A DNA stretch of 60,489 nt from an uncultured Pelagibacteraceae bacterium (lineage in GTDB: Bacteria; Pseudomonadota; Alphaproteobacteria; Pelagibacterales; Pelagibacteraceae): NCBI GenBank assembly GCA_902537905.1, contig CACBDD010000001.1, positions 1 to 60,489 on the forward strand. The letters are read 5' to 3'. Positions within the stretch are counted from its first letter, which is position 1, and the number at the start of each line of letters is the position of its first letter. Of this stretch, positions 9,369-18,327 are shown one piece after another. Made by a program: the position numbers and the translations under genes. Under the pieces are notes generated by a model that worked only from the letters and a program-made list of their open reading frames with translations, was not told the origin of the DNA and did no database searches.

Positions 9369-10457
9369 TTATTGTTGTTTTGCAAATGCAGTACCAATAG
9401 ATGCATCAGATGTTTCCATCTGAGAAATAAATGGCACAACTATTTTCGCATGCGCTGTCATATGATCATACACTTCTTTAAAGAAAGCATTTTCTGCAGC
9501 GTTCTTTTTAAGAGTTGCTTGAGCAGCATTCATGTACTCAGTGAAATAATCAGCTGGTGTATCCCATAATTTTACACCATGATTTTCAGTAAGATCAATC
9601 AATGCTTTTCCATTTTCTACAGCTCTATTAGTGATGTTTCTAGTAATCATCGCTTCAGATGCAATTTCCATTGCATATTTTTGATGATCAGTTAGAGAAT
9701 TATATACATCACCATTGATGTAAATATCACCATTAACTACGTTTTGGTGTAAACCTTGTAGGTAGTAGTTTTTTAGAACTTTTTGGAAACCAAAAACTGA
9801 GTCTGGCTTTGGACAACACCATTCAGCAGCATCGATAGTTCCTTTTTCAAGTGCTGGTAAAATATCACCACCTGATAAAGACACAGATGCAATACCAATA
9901 TCTTTATAAGTTTGTCCTGGGATTCCTGGAGGAGTTCTGAATCTATACTTTCTGAAATCATCCATGCTTGTAATTGGCTCTTTAAACCAACCTAATGCCT
10001 CAGGTCCAGATGAAGCCATCACGAAACCTTTAACATTCATACCCATTTCATCCCAAAGTCTGTCGTACAACTGTTTTCCACCGTTATCAAAATACCATGC
10101 TAACCATGATTTAGTTGATAATCCGATACCTCCACCTGCAACAGGTGAACCGAACAACATAGCAGCTGGGTGGTAGTTAGACCAGTAGTGTGTCCAAGCA
10201 GCACCACCATCAACTAAACCTTTGTCAACAGCTTCTAGTGTTTCTTTCATACCAACAACTTCACCTTTTGATAAAAGTTCAAATACTAACTCTCCTCGAG
10301 TTAATTGAGTAACTCTATCAGTCCACATCTTTACGATTTGACCATCGTAAGAAGTTTTAGGAAAAGTAAGTTGGATTTTTAAAGTTTTAGCAGAAGCAGT
10401 ACTAATTAAAGATACCGCAAAAACTAAAGCTAAAATCATTGAAGTGATTTTTTTCAT
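9369..10457 (-). CDS. dctP: TRAP substrate-binding protein (TakP/keto-acid-like subfamily)
   Basis: Signal peptide; GWFKEPI, RFRTPPG and ALEKGTIDAAEW motifs; strong GAGAGGGA RBS. Confidence 0.9.
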   Translation of the reverse strand: MKKITSMILALVFAVSLISTASAKTLKIQLTFPKTSYDGQIVKMWTDRVTQLTRGELVFELLSKGEVVGMKETLEAVDKGLVDGGAAWTHYWSNYHPAAMLFGSPVAGGGIGLSTKSWLAWYFDNGGKQLYDRLWDEMGMNVKGFVMASSGPEALGWFKEPITSMDDFRKYRFRTPPGIPGQTYKDIGIASVSLSGGDILPALEKGTIDAAEWCCPKPDSVFGFQKVLKNYYLQGLHQNVVNGDIYINGDVYNSLTDHQKYAMEIASEAMITRNITNRAVENGKALIDLTENHGVKLWDTPADYFTEYMNAAQATLKKNAAENAFFKEVYDHMTAHAKIVVPFISQMETSDASIGTAFAKQQ

Positions 10458-10585
10458 TTATTTCCCTCTCTTTATTTATTTATTAAGACTTAATAATTTT
10501 CGTAGTAAACATTATTGAAATAAGAAAGTAAAGTGATTAAAATAATTATATATAAATTTTAAATATAATTCTTATTAATTCTAAA

Positions 10586-11512
10586 CTAATCTTCGCCCTT
10601 AGGGTCAAAAGGATAATCCCACGCATCACCACCAATTTTTTTTGAAATACCTGAGTAATCAGTATCCGCATCACCCTCCTCACAAAAATCTGAAAAAATT
10701 TTTAAAGCAGCTTTTCCTAAAGGTGTGCTTGCATTAACAGAAGTAGCTGCGTCATTTGCTAAATTTAAATCTTTTTTCATCATAGCTGCTGTAAAACCTG
10801 GTCTATATTTATTATTTGAAGGAACTCCGTCTGTTAAATCAGGTAAGGGAGTATAATTTGTGAGTGCCCAATTGTTACCTGATGCCTCTTTAATTATTTT
10901 ATGAACTTTTTTTATATCCATTTTTAATCTTTTTGCCAACATCAAAGCCTCAGATGCTGCTATCATCGAAATTCCAAGAGACATGTTGTTACAAATTTTT
11001 ACACCAACCCCACTTCCTTGATCTCCAGCATGTAGTATTTTTTGTCCCATTATCTCTAAAAGTGGTGAAGCTAATTTTACTGCATCATTACTACCACCAA
11101 CTAAAAAATTCAATTTTCCAACTCTAGCACCCATCACACCACCAGTAACTGGAGCGTCAATCATTTTTATTCCCAAAGACTTTGCTTCATCTCCTACCTT
11201 TAATGAAGTTTCAATATCTATTGTTGAACATTCAATAATTAAACAATCTTTAGAAATTTTTTTTAAAATTCCATTCTCACCAAGATATAATTCATAAACA
11301 TGTTTTCCTTCTGGTAACATTGATATTACAGTTGAAGCATTGGATAAAAGATCATCTAAAGAATTTACAACATTTAAACCTGTCTTTTTTGCAGTTTTAA
11401 TTGCGTGTTCTGAAACATCGAAAACTTTAACCTGTTTTCCAGCTTTTACTAATTGTTGTGCCATGGGATTTCCCATGTTTCCTACTCCAATAAATGAAAT
11501 ATGATTACTCAT
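10586..11512 (-). CDS. mmsB: 3-hydroxyisobutyrate dehydrogenase family
   Basis: FIGVGNMGNPMA, DAPVTGG, KICNN and GF...MxKDL motifs. Confidence 0.85.
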   Translation of the reverse strand: MSNHISFIGVGNMGNPMAQQLVKAGKQVKVFDVSEHAIKTAKKTGLNVVNSLDDLLSNASTVISMLPEGKHVYELYLGENGILKKISKDCLIIECSTIDIETSLKVGDEAKSLGIKMIDAPVTGGVMGARVGKLNFLVGGSNDAVKLASPLLEIMGQKILHAGDQGSGVGVKICNNMSLGISMIAASEALMLAKRLKMDIKKVHKIIKEASGNNWALTNYTPLPDLTDGVPSNNKYRPGFTAAMMKKDLNLANDAATSVNASTPLGKAALKIFSDFCEEGDADTDYSGISKKIGGDAWDYPFDPKGED

Positions 11513-13022
11513 CTATATTTGAACTCCCTCTATTAATTAATACTGTTTTACTTTGGGTGAAATGATTGATCATACTATCAAATGCATATTCTTTTCCAAG
11601 ACCACTCATTTTTAATCCACCATAAGAAACATTTGCTCTTGGAGCTACACATTGATTAACTTGAACAAAACCTGCATCTATTTCCTCAACAAATTGAAGT
11701 GCTCTTGATAGATTTTGTGTCCATAAAACTGCTGACAATCCAAAAGGAGTATCATTTGCACTCTCAATAACTTCGTCAAATGATTTAAATGGGATTGCAC
11801 AAGCAACTGGACCAAATATTTCTTCCTGACACACAGGCGACTTTACTGGAACCCCCGACAATAAAGTAGGTTCATAAAAAAAACCTTCTTTGTATTCACC
11901 ACCTTTTTTTTGATTACCTCCATGTAGAACTTTTGTTGATGAGTTTTCTTTTGCAATATTCATATAATGTAATGTTCTTTTCAATTGATCCTCTGAAATT
12001 ATTGCTCCTACATCTGAATTTTCATCTAAAGCATTTCCCATTTCAAGATTTTTTAATCTATCAACAACACCATCTAAAACTTTTTCATAAATTTTTTCTT
12101 GTATATAAACTCTTGAGCCAGCGGTACATGCTTGTCCTTGTCTGGTATATCTCATACCATCGATTACACCAGGTATAGCAATATCAAGATCTGCATCGCT
12201 CATGATTATATTAGGATTTTTTCCACCGAGTTCTAATGTTACCGGACAAAGTTTTGGAGCTGCTTTTTGAGCAATAATTTTACCAACATTAAATGAGCCA
12301 GTGAAAGTAATTTTTCTTACATCGGGATGAGACAAAAGTGGCTCTCCGCATTCTTCTCCGTATCCAGAAATAACATTTAAAACTCCTGGAGGAAGTTCTT
12401 GTTGAAAAATCTCTGCTAATAGTAATGCACAGAAAGGTGCTTGTTCAGCTGTCTTTAAAACAACAGTATTACCAGCTACAATTGCTGGAGCTATCTTTGC
12501 AACAGTTAAAAATAAAGGAGCATTCCAAGGAACGATAGCACAAACAACTCCAATTGGATCTCTTGTTGTGTAGTGTAAAGTATTTGCAATATTTGGAGGA
12601 TAATTCTCACCTTTAATCTCTCCAGATAAACCAGCAAACATCCTAGTTAATTCAATTGAGGCGGAAGTTTCTGGTTTAGCTTGTGTTCTTAAAGCGTTCC
12701 CTGTGTCCAGAGCTAGTAAAGTTTCAATCTCATCTCTTCTTTGCTCAAGTTTTCTAGCACCTAATTCTACCAATCTTCCTCTTTCTCTTGCTGGTACTTT
12801 CTTCCATTCTTTAAAAGCATTTAGAGAAGATTTTACTGCAAGATTAACTTCAACCTTATTGCATTGGGGAGCTTCACCTATATTTTCTCCTGTGCTTGGA
12901 TTTATTACATTAATTTTATTATTAGTTGATGATGAGATTAATTTACCGTCTATTAAAATTTTATTTGATAATCTTTTTGCATTTTTGTTTGCTTTTTCGA
13001 AATTACTTAAAAAATCACTCAT
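11505..13022 (-). CDS. NAD-dependent aldehyde dehydrogenase
   Basis: PWNAP, FTGS, LELGGKNP, GQACTAGSR and EEIFGPV motifs. Confidence 0.93.
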   Translation of the reverse strand: MSDFLSNFEKANKNAKRLSNKILIDGKLISSSTNNKINVINPSTGENIGEAPQCNKVEVNLAVKSSLNAFKEWKKVPARERGRLVELGARKLEQRRDEIETLLALDTGNALRTQAKPETSASIELTRMFAGLSGEIKGENYPPNIANTLHYTTRDPIGVVCAIVPWNAPLFLTVAKIAPAIVAGNTVVLKTAEQAPFCALLLAEIFQQELPPGVLNVISGYGEECGEPLLSHPDVRKITFTGSFNVGKIIAQKAAPKLCPVTLELGGKNPNIIMSDADLDIAIPGVIDGMRYTRQGQACTAGSRVYIQEKIYEKVLDGVVDRLKNLEMGNALDENSDVGAIISEDQLKRTLHYMNIAKENSSTKVLHGGNQKKGGEYKEGFFYEPTLLSGVPVKSPVCQEEIFGPVACAIPFKSFDEVIESANDTPFGLSAVLWTQNLSRALQFVEEIDAGFVQVNQCVAPRANVSYGGLKMSGLGKEYAFDSMINHFTQSKTVLINRGSSNIDE

Positions 13023-13024
13023 AA

Positions 13025-13795
13025 TTACAATTCACCTTCTCTTGTTTTAGCAGCTAACCAACCACCATCAATTTTAATCTCCGATCCATTAATAAAATCA
13101 GATTCATTAGAAGATAAAAAAATTGCTGCTCCAACTATATCAGATGGTAGTCCCCACCTACCAACAATTGTTTCTTTTCCCCATTGCTCACCATGAGTTG
13201 GGTCTTCTGCATATTTTTTATTAAATGGTGTAGATATTAGACCTGGACAAATTGTATTGACATTTATATTTGATCCTTTCAAATCTATAGCAAGAGCTCT
13301 GGTTAAACCCAGTATTCCACTTTTGGCTGCAACATATCCTACACGATCAGGTCTCCCCATAAAACTAGCGATCGAACCAAAATTTATAATTTTACCTTTA
13401 CCTATTTTTTTCATCTCAGGTATTACTGCCTGACAACAAATATATGGTCCAGTAAGATTAACAGAAATCATGTCATCCCAATCACTTAAGTCATGATTTT
13501 CAAGTTTTTTAACATGTCTTATCCCAGCGTTATTAATCAATATATCTATTTGATCAAATCTATTAATTGTTTCTGATATCAAATTTTTAACACTTGCTTC
13601 GTTTGAAACATCGGTTTCTACGTAAATTGCATCACCATTATTTTTTACGATTTCTTTAACAACATTAGAAGAGTTTTCTTTATCTAAATCTGCAACAACA
13701 ACTTTAGCTCCCTCTTTGGCAAGGCCTAAGGAAATTTCTTCTCCTATACCTTTTCCACCACCTGTAACAATTGCAACTTTATTTTTTAATTTCAT
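13025..13795 (-). CDS. SDR-family oxidoreductase
   Basis: TGGGKGIG, NNAG and YxxxK (YVAAK). Confidence 0.9.
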   Translation of the reverse strand: MKLKNKVAIVTGGGKGIGEEISLGLAKEGAKVVVADLDKENSSNVVKEIVKNNGDAIYVETDVSNEASVKNLISETINRFDQIDILINNAGIRHVKKLENHDLSDWDDMISVNLTGPYICCQAVIPEMKKIGKGKIINFGSIASFMGRPDRVGYVAAKSGILGLTRALAIDLKGSNINVNTICPGLISTPFNKKYAEDPTHGEQWGKETIVGRWGLPSDIVGAAIFLSSNESDFINGSEIKIDGGWLAAKTREGEL

Positions 13796-13865
13796 TTTTA
13801 TTACTAAATATTATTTCATGATTAAATACAAAAAAAAATTATTGTTTTTAAGCTCTAAAAAATAG

Positions 13866-13880
13866 GTATACTTTTGATAC
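13866..13880. promoter_or_regulatory. Putative HxlR/DUF24-family operator
   Basis: GTATA-CTTTT-GATAC, one mismatch from the palindrome GTATA-N5-TATAC, abutting the regulator ATG. Confidence 0.4.
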
Positions 13881-13881
13881 T

Positions 13882-14277
13882 ATGATTAAATTTGAGAGTA
13901 TTAACAACTTTTTAAAATTAATAGGAGGAAAATGGAAAATTAAAATTTTAGCTGAATTACATATAGGATCTAGAAGATTTTCTGAATTAAAGAACAATTT
14001 AGATGGAATTACTGCGAGAATGTTAATTAGAGAATTGAGAAATTTGGAAAATGACACTCTAATAAAAAAAAGGATTAACAATAAAATAAATGATTATATT
14101 TTAACTGATTTTGGTAAATCCAGTGCTTACATAATTGAAGCTATAAACGATTGGGGAAATAATAAGAAACGTAAAATTAATAAAGTGATTGAAAATGATT
14201 ATCGTGTAATTGATTTATTTCAGGAAGAAATACGTATCAAAAAGATACAGAGCCAAAGAATTAAAAATAAAAACTAA
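13882..14277 (+). CDS. HxlR/DUF24-family winged-helix regulator
   Basis: IGGKWKIKIL...RRFSEL...GITARML..ELRNLE; divergent from the SDR-ALDH-mmsB operon. Confidence 0.85.
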   Translation: MIKFESINNFLKLIGGKWKIKILAELHIGSRRFSELKNNLDGITARMLIRELRNLENDTLIKKRINNKINDYILTDFGKSSAYIIEAINDWGNNKKRKINKVIENDYRVIDLFQEEIRIKKIQSQRIKNKN

Positions 14278-15017
14278 TTATAACTTACAAGCGGTTTATT
14301 GCTTTTTATCCAAGATTGAATTCCTCCATCAAGAACATACACATTTGTAAAACCTAAATCTTCAGCAAATGCATTACCTAAAATTTCAGCAGTTTTTCCG
14401 TCATGACTTATAAAAATCAATTCAATTCCTTGAGACTCAGCACCTGCTAAAGCCCTAACTTTATCCATTAAATAAACATTGAATTTACCATTAATATCAA
14501 ATGCTGTTTCTTGAAATGAACCTTTAATTACACCTGTCTTTTTCCATTGATTATCAAGCCTAATATCTAATGCCACTGCATTTTCATTAATTAAATTTTC
14601 TAGTTTTTCACTATCAATTTTTTCATAATTAGGACTCAAAACATCTAGAATTTTAAATTCAAAGATCAAGTTTGAATTTGGTGGGATTAATTCGCCTGCA
14701 CCCTTTTCGCCATATGCAAGCATTGAAGGTATTTTAATTTTTCTTTTAGAACCTTTGTTTGCTCCCACTATTCCTTGCTCAAACCCTGGAATAACTTCTT
14801 TCATTCCTATTTGAAAAACTAATGGTTTGTCTTTACCAACATTAGTGTCAAAGACTGTTCCATCTTCAAAAGAACCTGTGTATTCAATTTTTACCCAAGA
14901 ATGATTTACAACTTTTAAACCATTTCCTTTAGTGTCATTAATGATTTCAATATTTTCTGCTAAAAGAAAGTTAATTTTAAAAAGTGTTAAAATAATTATT
15001 ACAAAAATTTTTTTCAT
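14274..15017 (-). CDS. Exported FKBP-type PPIase fused to a rhodanese-like domain
   Basis: Signal peptide; FKBP (YTGSFEDGTVFD...VIPGFEQG...LAYG...IPPNSNLIFE) followed by LDIR...W...G and GFTNVYVLDGGIQSW. Confidence 0.85.
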   Translation of the reverse strand: MKKIFVIIILTLFKINFLLAENIEIINDTKGNGLKVVNHSWVKIEYTGSFEDGTVFDTNVGKDKPLVFQIGMKEVIPGFEQGIVGANKGSKRKIKIPSMLAYGEKGAGELIPPNSNLIFEFKILDVLSPNYEKIDSEKLENLINENAVALDIRLDNQWKKTGVIKGSFQETAFDINGKFNVYLMDKVRALAGAESQGIELIFISHDGKTAEILGNAFAEDLGFTNVYVLDGGIQSWIKSNKPLVSYN

Positions 15018-16612
15018 TTATGAGATATATTAAAACCCTTATACATTTTTTTTTTAACTTTATTACAGATTTTTCTATACTGAGGCAATCCTGCTGGATA
15101 AGGTATAAAAGTTTTTGGTTTACCTGGAATATTATCACCCTTATACCAAGAATTTTTTGCTTTCATAAAAAGAGATTTATTGGCTAATGTATTTATTTTT
15201 TTAACCCAATTTTCAGCTTCTTTAGCTTCAGGTTCAACTGAAAGACTATTTGATTTTTCTAAATATTTAATAAATTCAGATATCCATTCTACATGCTGTT
15301 GAATTTGTGCAGGAACATTAGTTAATACTGAAGGACTACCAGGTCCAGATATGATAAAAAAATTTGGAAAATTTGGTATCATTAAGCCTAAATATGTTGT
15401 CGGACCATTTTTCCAATATTTGTTTAATTTAATATTTTTTCTACCAGTCAAATTTAAAGACAAAATAGGACCTGAAAGCGCATCATAGCCTGTTGCAAAA
15501 ATTATTTTATCAAATTTTAATTCCTCATTATTTGTCTTTATCCCATTTTTTGTAATCTTGACTATTGGATTTTCTTTTAAATCAATTAAACGAACATTTT
15601 TTCTATTAAATGTTTCAAAATAATCTGTATTTAAAGTTGGTCTTTTTGAAGTAAATGGATGACCAAAATCTGTAAGTTTTTTTGCAATTTCTTTGTCTTG
15701 AACAATATTTATTATTTTTTGCTTTATATAGTTTGAGGCTATTTTGTTGGCATTTAATTTTTTAGTTATATCGCTAAAACATGCCCTAAATGATAAACCT
15801 CCATTTAGCCATGCTTTTTCTAAAATTTTTAATCTTTTACTCTCATTAAAATCAAAAATAGATTTTTTCGAAAATTTAAATGCATGACCACCAGGTGTCT
15901 TTGTAAGTAGATTTTTAATTTGTTTGTAATTTTTTTTAGTATTTTTAATAAATGTTTTTGTAAGTTTTCTGTTTCTTGCTGGAACACTATAATTTGGTGT
16001 CCTTTGAAATATTGTGAGTGATTTTGCAGATTTTGCTACAACTGGGGCAATTTGTATTCCACTTGATCCTGTTCCAATTTGTGCAACTTTTTGATTTTTA
16101 AAACTTATTTTTTTATCTGGCCATCTTCCACTGTGATACCACTCTCCTTTAAAACTTTTAATGCCCTTAATATTTGGTACATTTGCTGCAGATAATGATC
16201 CAACTGCACTTATTAAATATTTGCAATAAAATACTTTTTTTTTATTTGTTTTTACTCTCCATAAATTTTTTTTATCTAAATAATCAGCTGAAATGACCTT
16301 ATTGTTAAAAATTATATTTTTTCTTAAGCTAAGCTTTTTCTCTACATATTTAAGATAACTGAGGATTTCTTTTTGATTAGGATATCTTTCTTTCCATTTC
16401 CAATTTTTGTAAATTTCTTCAGAAAAAGTATAGCAATAAATATGGCTCTCTGTATCACATCTCGATCCCGGATATTTATTCCAATACCAAGTCCCTCCTA
16501 TGTCCTTACCTTCTTCAATAACAAGAGTTTTTAAACCTAATTGATCTCTACATTTATGTAATTGATAAAGGCCAGAAAAACCTGCTCCTATAATTATTGC
16601 GTCTAAATACAA
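15014..16612 (-). CDS. Baeyer-Villiger monooxygenase (cyclohexanone monooxygenase family)
   Basis: GAGFSG, GGTWYWNKYPG, BVMO fingerprint FKGEWYHSGRWP, GTGSSG and ATGYD. Confidence 0.92.
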   Translation of the reverse strand: MYLDAIIIGAGFSGLYQLHKCRDQLGLKTLVIEEGKDIGGTWYWNKYPGSRCDTESHIYCYTFSEEIYKNWKWKERYPNQKEILSYLKYVEKKLSLRKNIIFNNKVISADYLDKKNLWRVKTNKKKVFYCKYLISAVGSLSAANVPNIKGIKSFKGEWYHSGRWPDKKISFKNQKVAQIGTGSSGIQIAPVVAKSAKSLTIFQRTPNYSVPARNRKLTKTFIKNTKKNYKQIKNLLTKTPGGHAFKFSKKSIFDFNESKRLKILEKAWLNGGLSFRACFSDITKKLNANKIASNYIKQKIINIVQDKEIAKKLTDFGHPFTSKRPTLNTDYFETFNRKNVRLIDLKENPIVKITKNGIKTNNEELKFDKIIFATGYDALSGPILSLNLTGRKNIKLNKYWKNGPTTYLGLMIPNFPNFFIISGPGSPSVLTNVPAQIQQHVEWISEFIKYLEKSNSLSVEPEAKEAENWVKKINTLANKSLFMKAKNSWYKGDNIPGKPKTFIPYPAGLPQYRKICNKVKKKMYKGFNISHK

Positions 16613-16620
16613 ATTTTTAA

Positions 16621-17382
16621 TTAAATTGTGTGGTTTTTAAAAATTTTACTTCCACCTTTATTTTTACCACTGAGTAAATGTAACTCTCTTTGAAGTGAAT
16701 AACCTACTTTGTCTTCTATGGTTTTTGCACCCACATGATCAAAAAAAGATGTAGCTGGCATATATCTATACGTAAGTCCCGCTCTTCTTTTTCCAGAATT
16801 ATTTGCTCTGGATCCATGAAATAAATAAACATCATGCATTGAGAACATTCCTGGCTTTAGATGAACTGATTTTGCTTGGTCTTTAATTTCATCAATATTT
16901 TTTAAAGTTTGATTCAAGGTAACATTCGTAGACTCTAGTGTATTGTGCTCAGCTAACTTTTTATCTAAATGTGAGCCTGGTATATATTGTAGTGGACCAT
17001 TTTCTTCTGTAACTTCATCAATTGATAACCAAACAGTTACTGACTCCAATGGTTTTATAGGCCAGTATTCACCATCTTGGTGCCAAGGTGTTTCTTTGCC
17101 ATTTTTTTCTTTTTTACAAAATAATGATGACCCCCAAAGAATTATATCTTCTCCGATTAATTGCTTAACCTCTTGTATAATTTCTGGATACATTGCAAAT
17201 TCCAAAAATTTACCGTCTCTCTCATACAAACCACTGACAAATTCATTATTTTCACCTTTATGATCTTCAAGATATTTATCTAAGGCTGAATTTAAATCTT
17301 TTATTTTATCAGAGGATAATTGAGTTGAGCTTTTTACTAAACCATCATTGTTGTATGTCTTAATTTGATCAACCGAAAGCAT
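16621..17382 (-). CDS. Phytanoyl-CoA dioxygenase (PhyH) family Fe(II)/2OG oxygenase
   Basis: WHQD, NGPLQYIPGSH and HGS..N.S..RR motifs. Confidence 0.88.
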   Translation of the reverse strand: MLSVDQIKTYNNDGLVKSSTQLSSDKIKDLNSALDKYLEDHKGENNEFVSGLYERDGKFLEFAMYPEIIQEVKQLIGEDIILWGSSLFCKKEKNGKETPWHQDGEYWPIKPLESVTVWLSIDEVTEENGPLQYIPGSHLDKKLAEHNTLESTNVTLNQTLKNIDEIKDQAKSVHLKPGMFSMHDVYLFHGSRANNSGKRRAGLTYRYMPATSFFDHVGAKTIEDKVGYSLQRELHLLSGKNKGGSKIFKNHTI

Positions 17383-17474
17383 AATAAAACATATTGAATA
17401 TTTGTTTTATTGTCAAATTTTAAGTTTAATAAATATATATAAAGTCTATATTTATTTTTTTCTAATAATTCAAA

Positions 17475-18293
17475 ATGAAAAATATTTATACTTGGTCAGC
17501 CAAACCTACACAAAGAAATCTCACAGTTGCTGATCTTAAATCTTTGAAAGGAAAAAAAAAATTTACTCAAGTTAGAGCAAATACATTTGATGAAGCCTTT
17601 GCAGCAGAAGAAGCTGGTATTGATATGATTGTTGCAAATGCAAAAAATATTATTGAAGTTAGAAAAGGTTCAAATAATTTATTCTTAACAGCGTCATTAT
17701 TTTGGGAGGAATTTGTTACTAAAGAAGAAATTTTAAAAGGTGCGTTTAAAGCATTAGAAAATGGAGCTGACGCAATTTTTACTCCGAGAAACACTGAAGT
17801 TATAGAAATGTTATCTAATGAAGATATTCCTGTAATGGGTCATCTTGGTTTAGTACCAAGAAAATCATCTTGGTTTGGTGGTTTAAGAGCTATCGGCAAA
17901 ACCCCAAAAGAAGCTCATGAACTTTTCCAAAAATTCAAAGATTTAGAAAATGCAGGAGCCTTCGCAGTAGAAGGTGAAGTTATACCAGAAAATGTAATGA
18001 AAGAAATTTCAGATAGAACAAGCATGATAACTGTGTCTATGGGTTCAGGTAAAAAAACTGATGTTATATATTTGTTTATGGAAGATATTTGTGGAGATAA
18101 TCTAATTCCCCCTAGACATGCAAAAGCATATGGAAATTTATTAAAACTCAAACAACAAGTAAATATTGAAAGATTAAAAGCATTAAAAGCTTTTAAAAAA
18201 AATGCATTAAGTGGAAAATTCCCTCAAAAAAAACAATCAGTAAGTATAAGCAACCAAGAATTTAAAAAATTTTTAAATTTATTGAATTCATAG
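17475..18293 (+). CDS. PanB (ketopantoate hydroxymethyltransferase)-like protein, atypical
   Basis: IPVMGHLGLVP, LENAGAFAVEGE, MGSG and PRHAKAY motifs; the canonical LVGDS and DMPF motifs are absent. Confidence 0.75.
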   Translation: MKNIYTWSAKPTQRNLTVADLKSLKGKKKFTQVRANTFDEAFAAEEAGIDMIVANAKNIIEVRKGSNNLFLTASLFWEEFVTKEEILKGAFKALENGADAIFTPRNTEVIEMLSNEDIPVMGHLGLVPRKSSWFGGLRAIGKTPKEAHELFQKFKDLENAGAFAVEGEVIPENVMKEISDRTSMITVSMGSGKKTDVIYLFMEDICGDNLIPPRHAKAYGNLLKLKQQVNIERLKALKAFKKNALSGKFPQKKQSVSISNQEFKKFLNLLNS

Positions 18294-18327
18294 ATTATTT
18301 AATTTTTTTACTTTATAAGCAATTGAA

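Noticed and set aside
17475-18293. Calling this gene panB
   Set aside because: Key catalytic motifs are missing, so the symbol was withheld.
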